Positions 12,016 through 21,356 of a stretch of 64,000 nt of DNA are shown here, in pieces. The notes under the pieces were generated by a model. The model did not search any database and was not told where the DNA came from. It saw only the letters and a program-made list of their open reading frames with translations. The DNA comes from Rebecca billardiae RCC1528. Lineage: Eukaryota; Protista; Haptophyta. The translations under genes were made by a program, and so were the position numbers. Location of the stretch: assembly GCA_965240325.2 (NCBI GenBank), contig OZ251222.1:5022001-5086000 (forward strand), given 5' to 3'. Position 1 is the first letter of the stretch, and each line of letters starts with the position of its first letter.

Positions 12016-12942
12016 AGACGGCACCCTCGACGCCACTATTGGCCTTCCGTACCCCGCCCGCCGCAAGCCCGCCGCACAATACTCAGCCGCGCTTGGCACT
12101 TCCACGCCGTCATCGGATCGGAGATGAAGACGGACTGCCTGGTCACAGCCTTTGACCTCCCCCTCCAGGGCTGGGGCACGCTGCGAGCGTACCACGAGCC
12201 GATGGGCCCGACGAAGCGTGACCTGGCGAAGTGCATCCACTACTGCCAGAAGGAGGGGCCGTCCAACTTCATCATCAGCGCCAACTGGGCAACCATTCCA
12301 GAGCACGTGTGCGGCGTCGACTGGGCGCGCGCGCTGCACGCAGCACAGTCTGCAGACGAGGCAGCGGACATCTTGCAGTGCGAGCACCCGTCGATCTACT
12401 ACCGCTACGGCCATGCCGTGCTCGCCATGATCCGCCACCGACACGGCAGCGGCGTCACGCCGCGCTTCGCCATGAGCTCGTTTGCGCGACTGCCGCTCGA
12501 CCTCTCTGATGGGATGGCTGTCGTGCTCGCAGGTGGATCCGGCCACGGCAAGACGGAGTTCGGGCTGTCGCACTTCGAGAACCCTCTTCTCGTGTCCGAG
12601 ATGGATGACCTGAAGGATTTGACGGCTCGCAACGACGGTATCGTCTTCGACGACATGGATTTCACGCACATGACGGCCAAGGCCGTGATCAAGATGCTCG
12701 ACCCCAACTACGAGCGATCGGTGCACACGCGCTACACGAATGCCAAGATCCCCGCAGACATGCCACGCGTGTTCACGACAAATCTGGCCATGCAGTACCC
12801 CTACGAGCACATCTTCCCGCCCGGTCGCAACCTCGAGCAGCAGCGTGCGCTCAACCGCCGCTTCAAAGTCGTGACGGTCGATGCCGACCTCTTTGCGGCG
12901 GCTCCCGCCGCCGGCGCGTCAGCGGCTGCCGTGCAGACGTGA
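12016..12942 (+). CDS. rep: CRESS-DNA-virus-like Rep (HUH endonuclease + SF3 helicase), copy 1; N-terminus disrupted or spliced
   Basis: Motif II WHFH (12094-12105, in frame upstream of the ATG at 12124), GRS-like AFDLP..YHEP, motif III YCQKEG (12241), Walker A GGSGHGKT, Walker B IVFDD, motif C FTTN, Arg finger ALNRRF. In-frame TAGs at 11965 and 12013. Confidence 0.92.
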   Translation, partial: RRHPRRHYWPSVPRPPQARRTILSRAWHFHAVIGSEMKTDCLVTAFDLPLQGWGTLRAYHEPMGPTKRDLAKCIHYCQKEGPSNFIISANWATIPEHVCGVDWARALHAAQSADEAADILQCEHPSIYYRYGHAVLAMIRHRHGSGVTPRFAMSSFARLPLDLSDGMAVVLAGGSGHGKTEFGLSHFENPLLVSEMDDLKDLTARNDGIVFDDMDFTHMTAKAVIKMLDPNYERSVHTRYTNAKIPADMPRVFTTNLAMQYPYEHIFPPGRNLEQQRALNRRFKVVTVDADLFAAAPAAGASAAAVQT

Positions 12943-14845
12943 GCCATCAGCAAGCGTGCGTCGGTGCATAGCCGCAAGATGCCCTGCTCAGCCCAGCTGA
13001 GCTGCTCAGACTGGCTTGACCCTCACGCTAGTGCCAGGCGGCCTGGCGGTGAGGCGCCGCGGCAGCGGGCCGCCCTTTCGTCAGCGGACTCAGCTGCGGC
13101 CCCGCCCTCTCTCGAGCGGCTTGCGGCGAGGGCGAGAACAGCGGTGAAACTGAAAACATGGGTTTCCTCGGGCCAATCAGGTTAGCGCAAACACACCGCG
13201 CAGCCTGAATGCGTTGAGAGGAGCTAGTACACCGACCCTGAATAGCCCTATGGACGAACTCGTTTTGCGGATGATGGAGGCCCCCAAGATTCCGCCGATG
13301 ATTCGGCACGATTAGGGAAGAATGCAAGCGTCCAACCGGTACAACATAAGAAGCCGCTGAGAAGTCTAGGCTCAAAAATGACCATAAGCCCCAATCGCGG
13401 GGCGTACGGTTGCGTGTGTTCGACAACTTGACCCTGAAATCAATTGGAGACCGGGTAGAGCGGTCTAAGGCGCGGCCGGCGTCAGACCGCCGACTCACGC
13501 ATATGACTTCTCCACCTGGTAATAGATTAAGCATCAGCCGTACCGCAGCAGTAAGGCTGATGTAGGCCGCCTGCGCGGCCCTGAGCGGGAGCCTGATGCC
13601 AGCTGACTCCTGTCTGAGGCGCGCCCGGCGCTGCCGCGCCCGGCACCCGGCTCCGGCGCGGCCGGTGCAGGTCAGCCGTCACTCGTCAGGGTGTCAGCGG
13701 TCAGGACCGCGTCCGGCGTCCAAAATCTACGAGCAGTCAGACTGTCAGTCCGACGGTCACTCCGGGACCGCCGGACTCAGACTCAGTGCGTGACTTGTAC
13801 TCTCCGGACCGGCACGGATGACCGCACGGTCCGACAGACGAGTCGGATCGACGGAGACAGGAGAGCCAGACTGAGACACGCGTCAGTTCGATAACGTGAG
13901 ACAGTCATAGCACCGTACTCCGTAGTAGCCGACGAGGGCTCGGACAGTCGGACTCGACGTGTCAGTCCGTCAGACCGTCCGCCGTACGCGTCAGTGACGA
14001 GACAGCGGCGCCAGTCGGTCGCCAGTCGAGTCACTGACGTCGAGTGCGGCACCGGGGCGGGAGCCGGAGCCGCTGTCCGAGTGGCACGCGGGTCCGAGCA
14101 GTTACACCGTGACGCCCGGCCTAAGTCGGTCCGCGCAAGACAGAAGTCGTGAGAAGACGCCGGCGGATCTGATCTGACTTACTGAGACTGAGCAGATGGC
14201 ATCATATTCATATATAGCAGCATGCTGATCATATAATTATTATAAGTATATACCAGGTGGCCGCACGCCCTGCCTGAACCGGCAGCCGCGCTTTAGGGAA
14301 ACACCATCCGGGGGGCCGCCTTTCACTTAAGGACACGCGGGTGGGTGATTACTGAACACGTGAACCATGTCCTTTTCGGACATACGCACACGCAAGATCT
14401 TGGGTACGCAGTCATACTATCTGAATCCTGAGCGCCCACAAGCCCTCTTGGGTCCATGATAGTCTGCCTCGTCAGCGAGCGTCCAAAAGCGAATCCGACG
14501 AAAGTTTTTGATTGAAAGCGAGCGCTTTCTCCAGACGAGACGGATTCCATTCTGGTCCGCTCGTTCCGAACCAAAAGGTCATGGATGCCGTTCCACGGCG
14601 CGCGCGCTGTTGGGGCGGGCGGCGAAGCGGTTTTGTCGGTGGGGTACGGTACAGTCTGTGGCGGGCCGGCGGTGGGTGAGCTACCTATGCAGTTTAGTTG
14701 CGCACGCTCGCTCGACGGCAGACCGGCCATAATCATGCAAGTAGCAATAGCATCAAGCTGTATGTGTCCGCCACTCCGCCAAGTCAAGAAGTGCTAGTCC
14801 CTACTTAGTTACGCCGGCGGCCGGCGGGCACATATCATTCACTAG

Positions 14846-15772
14846 AGACGGCACCCTCGACGCCACTATTGGCCTTCCGTACCCCGCCCGCCGCAAGCCC
14901 GCCGCACAATACTCAGCCGCGCTTGGCACTTCCACGCCGTCATCGGATCGGAGATGAAGACGGACTGCCTGGTCACAGCCTTTGACCTCCCCCTCCAGGG
15001 CTGGGGCACGCTGCGAGCGTACCACGAGCCGATGGGCCCGACGAAGCGTGACCTGGCGAAGTGCATCCACTACTGCCAGAAGGAGGGGCCGTCCAACTTC
15101 ATCATCAGCGCCAACTGGGCAACCATTCCAGAGCACGTGTGCGGCGTCGACTGGGCGCGCGCGCTGCACGCAGCACAGTCTGCAGACGAGGCAGCGGACA
15201 TCTTGCAGTGCGAGCACCCGTCGATCTACTACCGCTACGGCCATGCCGTGCTCGCCATGATCCGCCACCGACACGGCAGCGGCGTCACGCCGCGCTTCGC
15301 CATGAGCTCGTTTGCGCGACTGCCGCTCGACCTCTCTGATGGGATGGCTGTCGTGCTCGCAGGTGGATCCGGCCACGGCAAGACGGAGTTCGGGCTGTCG
15401 CACTTCGAGAACCCTCTTCTCGTGTCCGAGATGGATGACCTGAAGGATTTGACGGCTCGCAACGACGGTATCGTCTTCGACGACATGGATTTCACGCACA
15501 TGACGGCCAAGGCCGTGATCAAGATGCTCGACCCCAACTACGAGCGATCGGTGCACACGCGCTACACGAATGCCAAGATCCCCGCAGACATGCCACGCGT
15601 GTTCACGACAAATCTGGCCATGCAGTACCCCTACGAGCACATCTTCCCGCCCGGTCGCAACCTCGAGCAGCAGCGTGCGCTCAACCGCCGCTTCAAAGTC
15701 GTGACGGTCGATGCCGACCTCTTTGCGGCGGCTCCCGCCGCCGGCGCGTCAGCGGCTGCCGTGCAGACGTGA
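14846..15772 (+). CDS. rep: CRESS-DNA-virus-like Rep, copy 2 (same as copy 1)
   Basis: Same translation as copy 1, offset by 2830 bp (ATG at 14954). Confidence 0.92.
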   Translation, partial: RRHPRRHYWPSVPRPPQARRTILSRAWHFHAVIGSEMKTDCLVTAFDLPLQGWGTLRAYHEPMGPTKRDLAKCIHYCQKEGPSNFIISANWATIPEHVCGVDWARALHAAQSADEAADILQCEHPSIYYRYGHAVLAMIRHRHGSGVTPRFAMSSFARLPLDLSDGMAVVLAGGSGHGKTEFGLSHFENPLLVSEMDDLKDLTARNDGIVFDDMDFTHMTAKAVIKMLDPNYERSVHTRYTNAKIPADMPRVFTTNLAMQYPYEHIFPPGRNLEQQRALNRRFKVVTVDADLFAAAPAAGASAAAVQT

Positions 15773-16799
15773 GCCATCAGCAAGCGTGCGTCGGTGCATA
15801 GCCGCAAGATGCCCTGCTCAGCCCAGCTGAGCTGCTCAGACTGGCTTGACCCTCACGCTAGTGCCAGGCGGCCTGGCGGTGAGGCGCCGCGGCAGCGGGC
15901 CGCCCTTTCGTCAGCGGACTCAGCTGCGGCCCCGCCCTCTCTCGAGCGGCTTGCGGCGAGGGCGAGAACAGCGGTGAAACTGAAAACATGGGTTTCCTCG
16001 GGCCAATCAGGTTAGCGCAAACACACCGCGCAGCCTGAATGCGTTGAGAGGAGCTAGTACACCGACCCTGAATAGCCCTATGGACGAACTCGTTTTGCGG
16101 ATGATGGAGGCCCCCAAGATTCCGCCGATGATTCGGCACGATTAGGGAAGAATGCAAGCGTCCAACCGGTACAACATAAGAAGCCGCTGAGAAGTCTAGG
16201 CTCAAAAATGACCATAAGCCCCAATCGCGGGGCGTACGGTTGCGTGTGTTCGACAACTTGACCCTGAAATCAATTGGAGACCGGGTAGAGCGGTCTAAGG
16301 CGCGGCCGGCGTCAGACCGCCGACTCACGCATATGACTTCTCCACCTGGTAATAGATTAAGCATCAGCCGTACCGCAGCAGTAAGGCTGATGTAGGCCGC
16401 CTGCGCGGCCCTGAGCGGGAGCCTGATGCCAGCTGACTCCTGTCTGAGGCGCGCCCGGCGCTGCCGCGCCCGGCACCCGGCTCCGGCGCGGCCGGTGCAG
16501 GTCAGCCGTCACTCGTCAGGGTGTCAGCGGTCAGGACCGCGTCCGGCGTCCAAAATCTACGAGTCTGTCCGCGGTCTCGGCGCCCGGGTCCGGACCTTGA
16601 AGTCACTCAGCTGCGTCCGATGCCGCCATCCACAGAGGTATACAAAGTCCGTCTCCACGATCGTCAGAGTCACGCCGCCTCCTGACTAAGGCCGCCGGGC
16701 GCGCGCGCGTCGCGCCCCGGCCGTGAGGTGATCGTGAAGAACTGCGCGCGCGTACGGCGCGCGCGCGTGCCGCGAGGGCTGAATTGGAATGGAACCCTG

Positions 16800-17620
16800 C
16801 CGTGCCAGGATATGCCCATCGCCCTCTGTCCTCGGGCGTCGCCCGTCCCAATGAATACTGGTACGCAGTGGACACCTCCACCTGCAGGCGTACAAGCGAA
16901 CGGCGGCGGGCGACGAGGGGCACTGTGATGTGCGTGCTGCATCCAGGCAGCGCGCCGGACGCGTACCTGAGCTTCCTGAGAAGCTGGGCCTTGCATCGGG
17001 CTGTGCTGTTCTCGGCGGACGCGCGTCGTGTGAGCTTCACCATAGCCAGCCCACCCTGGGTGTCGACGACCTTGTAAACATCGCCATGCGTGCTCGTCAT
17101 CGTACCGCATAACGGTTCAGCCTCTCCGTAAGCCGCAGATGGGACATCCATCTGCTCGACTCCTCGCTGGGGAGCCTCGGGTCGCGCGCCGAATTCACCG
17201 ACTTGCGCGACCTCAGCAGCCGGCCGAGCGGCGCCCAGCCGCGCATGCTTGCCCCCTCAGCACGGCGCGGCGCGGCGTGCACTCGGGCCAACGGGTGCCG
17301 CACGACATTTAGATAAAGAGCTTCTGCTCCTGCACTCGCAGGTTCCATAGCACGAGCGCGCCCAAGGCGAAGAGGAAGGCGTCGACGGGTGCGGGCAGCG
17401 CGTGTTCGTCGTGCTCCCCCGAGGAGCGCGCCGAGGGCAACGCCACGTGCGCGGCGCCGGCGACGCCGGGCAGCGTGCTCATGGTGTCGTTGAGGAATTC
17501 CGAGATTCCTCTCCCAGACGCGGCGGCGGCGGTGAGGCCGCGCCGCCCTGCTTGGAAGGAGCTCCGACTCCCAAGAGGGCCTTCGGCTGCAAAGCTGATT
17601 CTCTTCCGATCTCCTAGCCG
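16800..17620 (-). repeat. Diverged inverted copy of ~9840-10340 with a different internal insertion
   Basis: The reverse complement of ~16825-16881 (GTGGAGGTGTCCACTGCGTACCAGTATTCATTGGGACGGGCGACGCCCGAGGACAG) matches ~10277-10332, and the reverse complement of ~17000-17150 matches ~9885-10026. Confidence 0.75.
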
Positions 17621-18164
17621 ATCTTCGTTTAGTCTATTGGTCCGACGAAGCACAGAAAATGTTTTTTTGGGGGCCTCGGCGTGCCGATCTCGCACGTTAG
17701 TTTGGCAAGCGGTACAGAAACGCTGCGCTCCCCCCTGCACCACCACCACCACCAGGCCACCACCACTGCTGGGCGTGCCAGGCGGGGCCCTGTCACCTGT
17801 GCCCCCGGACACACTGCTCGCCGTATGAGAAGCTCCTTATAGGCCACTGGCACGCATCGTGTATTTCATTAGAATAAAGCGCAGTCGCCACACGATGATA
17901 AGACTTATATATATATAATTATATGTATATATATAATTATTTATTATATATTAAGAAGCCGATCATCGTCAGTAGAGGCTCTCTGCTGCTAACTCATCTG
18001 CGCCTCCGCCTCTGACGCCGCTGGCGCCTAGCAGCAGCAATCGCGCTAAGCAGACAATCATATCGGGTCATCGAGCGGCGAGTGACTGGAGCACCAAGCC
18101 TGTATTAGTGTATAGGGCCTGACCAACGCCTGCAACGGGTGCGCCTGCATCCTGATGCAACATA

Positions 18165-18972
18165 TTGAGACTAGCAGTTTGCTGGTTCGCTATACGCACA
18201 GTCCCACGGAGAAATCGAGACTATATAAAAGCTACAGTGACATCCAATAATCGCTTACCGGCGGCCGGAGGCGGGCCCAGCCGCTCCGAGGGCGGCGCGC
18301 GCGCGGTGCAGCACGTCGCCTAGCGTGGACTCCAAGTCACGTCATCAGCGCCGGCGCTTCTCAGACCGCACTGGCAGTGCGCCGGCATCATGCGCAGCAT
18401 AAGGATGCTAGCAGATGTGCTTTAGTAGAATTGTGCTGCCAAAAAATTCTTCGGCCTCGCCGGCCTGGCCTAAAGACTGATGACAGCGTCTGAACGTCCG
18501 ACACTCGACAGCGGGGGGCACTGCCCCCCCGCGCCCCCCACGCCTCGGCGCGGCGAGCGGACCTAAATAACTGAGATCGACTCGTCCGTCCGTAGTAGGC
18601 GCGCTCTGGCTACCGATGCACCACCGCGATCTGAAACGGAGTCTACTAGCTAGTCTAAGTCTGTCTCTGAGCAGTCGGAGGATGGGACTTACGACTCTGA
18701 CCGACGACTAGTCGTCAATTCTGCATGATGACGAGTAAAATTGCGCCCGCGCGTCGTGATGGGCTGTGTCTTATCTGCAACTCAGAATATATGCATCATA
18801 TGAACATCATCACTATACGCTGATAGATTGCGCCCGCCTACGATGATTATATATATATATATATCGATATATATTAATGTAGCCTGATTGTAGCTTATTA
18901 TGTATTAAAATAATTGGGCCCGCCACCTGCCCTTATGAAGTAGGCCCATCAAAACAACCTTCGCCTCGGGCC
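18165..18972 (+). repeat. Diverged direct copy of block A
   Basis: Shared strings GCTGGTTCGCTATACGCA, CACGTCATCAGCGC, TTCTTCGGCCTCGCCGGCC..GCCTAAAGACT and AGTAGGCCC..AAAACAA.CCTTCGCCT.GGGCC. Confidence 0.75.
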
Positions 18973-19009
18973 GGCTGGCCCCCCCCGGGGGGGGGGGGGG
19001 GGGAGCGGG

Positions 19010-19860
19010 AGCAGCCGTGTGGGCAGCTGTGACGGCGGCGGCGTTGCCGCGTGCGCGCTACTCGGCGCGGCGAGTCAGCACGCAGCGGAGTGGCGAGCAG
19101 GCGGGGAGGTGCGCGGAGGTGGAGGGCCAGGAGTCGTTTGCGAGCAGCGTGCGCGGCAGCATCAGCTAAGGACCGCGTACTCGACCCCCCCCCCCCTCCC
19201 CCGCCCGGCCCATCGTGTCGCCGATCGGCGGCGGGCGGCGGCTGTGTGGACGGGTGACGGCGGCGGCGCGGCGGCGTGCGCGCTCGGCGGCGAGTGCGCA
19301 GCGGAGTGACGAGCGGGCGGGGGGAGGTGAGTGGCGGTGGATGGCGAGCAATCGCTTGCGAGCAGCGCGAGCGGTGACATCGGCTGGGGACCGAGCAACA
19401 CCCCCCTGCCCATTGTGTCGCCGGTGAGGAGCAGGTCAGGGCGGCGGCGGCAGCGGCGGCTGTGTGGGCGGCGGCGACGGCGGCGGCGGTGGCAGCGTGC
19501 GCGCTCGGCAACGCGTGCGCAGCGGAGTGGCGAGCGGGCGGGGGGAGGTGCGCGGCGGTGGAGGGCCAGGAGTCGTTTGGGAGCAGCGCGGGCGGCAACA
19601 TCGGCTGCGAACCGAGCACCCACCCCCTGCGGCCCATCGTGTCGCCAGTGACGAGCAGGTCGGCGGCGACGGCGGCGGCGGCGGCGGCGTGCGAGCTCGG
19701 CCGCGAGTGCACAGCGGAGTGGCGAGCGGGCCAGGGAAGGTGCGCGGCGGTGGAGGACCAGGAGTCATTCGCGAGCAGCGTGAGCGGCAACATCGGCAGG
19801 GGACCAAGCACCACCACCCCCTCCGATCGTGTCGCCGGTGAGCGGTCGGCGGCGGCGCCG
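19010..19860. repeat. Degenerate tandem repeat, about 4 units of ~190-220 bp
   Basis: Anchor AGCGGAGTG(G/A)CGAGC..GGAGGTG..GGTGGA..GAGCAGCG at ~19085, 19300, 19521 and 19713. Confidence 0.8.
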
Positions 19861-20350
19861 CACAGCATGCGCACCACACGAGTGAGGAAAGGCAACGCAG
19901 AGGAAGAGAGCAGCGGCGCAGCGCGCGCATACCACTCAGTGCGGGCTCAGCCCGCTCACACGAGAGCCCCTCCCCCACCCCCCACCCCCCACCCATGCTC
20001 TGGCCGGCAGAGGTGGTTGTGGCCGACAGCGGCGACGGCGGCGTCTTGCCTCCCGACGTCCGACTCGTCAGTTGCATGCACGACGGCAGTCATCGAAGAG
20101 CATGACTGGCGCGGACGAGACAGCGGCAGAAGCTGACTTCGCCAGAGACATGCAGCCTGCTGACCGTCGCGCTCCGAGCTCGAGAGCAAGCAGAAGCGGC
20201 GGCGCGAGGCGCGAGGCTGTGACTCCCGCGCTCCTGCCCATGTTGGGCTTGTCTCGGGCGGTGTCGTCGCTGTGGGCCGAGGCTCTTTGTTTGAGTGATG
20301 ACCGGGGCGCGGGCGGCCGCGAGTACGAACCCCCATTAGAGAGTTCGCCC

Positions 20351-20460
20351 GGGCATGCCCGGACGTGCTCTAATTACACTTACGGGGCATGCCGGGCATG
20401 CTCTATTTATCACACCCGGGCATGCCCCGTAAGTGCAATTAGAGCATGCCGGGCATGCCC
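20351..20460. repeat. Near-perfect ~45-bp-arm inverted repeat with repeated GGCATGC motifs
   Basis: TGCTCTAATTACACTTACGGGGCATGCC pairs with GGCATGCCCCGTAAGTGCAATTAGAGCA. Confidence 0.85.
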
Positions 20461-21356
20461 GCCATTTGATTAGGTACAATTCACCCGTCGCCCCCCGCCC
20501 CCCCCCCTGGGGGTCCGGGAGGCCGCGACCAGTGTCGACGCTGTGTCCGGGCGACGTCGCCAACTCGCCAAGCGGCGGCTGGAGGAGCGACGGGCGCGTG
20601 AGCGTGGCGGCTCGCGGGTATCACCGGCCTTGTGGCACGTAGTCGCGCGTGTGCGCGCCGTCGCATTGCGTGTACAACACCAGACGCTGACTCCCATGCC
20701 ATTGCCACGCACTGAAGACTGCCTCGGCACCTCGTGTCTGCGTTCAAATGCTCACGAAGCTGGCTCGCGGCGCTTGTGGCAGTGCCTAGCGTGCAAGAAG
20801 CTGCTACGAGTGGCGCCATAGCACTCAAGACCCGGCCGTCACGCATGGGGCTAGTCGGGTAGGCTAATATGTGCTATGGGCGACCAGAAAAGCAGCTCGA
20901 TCAGTGATCCGTGACTCTGGAAATGTCGCGCGGCACACACCGTTTGAAACGCGAGAGCGCGGCGCGTGCCTAACGTGACCTCTTTCAGGCGGCGTGCGGG
21001 GCCGGAAGTCCAGCGCGCGTGTACGTATACATTGTGGATACATACACCCACCTTCCCGAGCCATCTAATCGCGCCCAGGCTCCCCACATGTCGAATCGGC
21101 TGGCAGGAAGTGACCGCTCGGCACAAGCTCAAGCCCGCAAGTGGTTGCGCGCGCCAACCGCAAGGGCGACGAGCGAGGAGAGACATCAGCGGGCTGCTTT
21201 ATCGACGTTCCCCTGCGTCTTGGGGCCCGCCCCGCCCAGCGTGCCGCCACGGAACGCCCCGCAATCGACCGCTAGGACGCTCGGCGAGCACGCACCCACC
21301 GCCGCCACGGCAGCCGTCCCCCCGAGCCAGGGGTGTAGGGGACAAGCCTGTGGCGG

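Larger units (their letters stand above)
10902..16563. mobile_element. Exact tandem dimer of a 2,830-bp CRESS-Rep-bearing unit
   Basis: 10902-13733 matches 13732-16563; all ORFs recur identically at +2830; 2-bp AG overlap at the junction. Confidence 0.93.

Noticed and set aside
11971-12810. 279-aa ORF antisense to Rep
   Set aside because: Shadow frame caused by Rep codon bias.
11497-13530. TTAA-flanked piggyBac/Kolobok element around Rep
   Set aside because: TTAA occurs at 11497 and 13527, but the adjoining sequences are not inverted repeats.
13028-13534. 168-aa minus-strand ORF (and the 154-aa ORF at 11493-11957) as capsid genes
   Set aside because: No basic N-terminal arm or jelly-roll-like pattern, and composition looks non-coding.
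10902-13731. Canonical CRESS stem-loop origin (NANTATTAC in a hairpin)
   Set aside because: I found no exact nonanucleotide within a stem, only the near-matches reported at 11414-11423 and 13519-13527.
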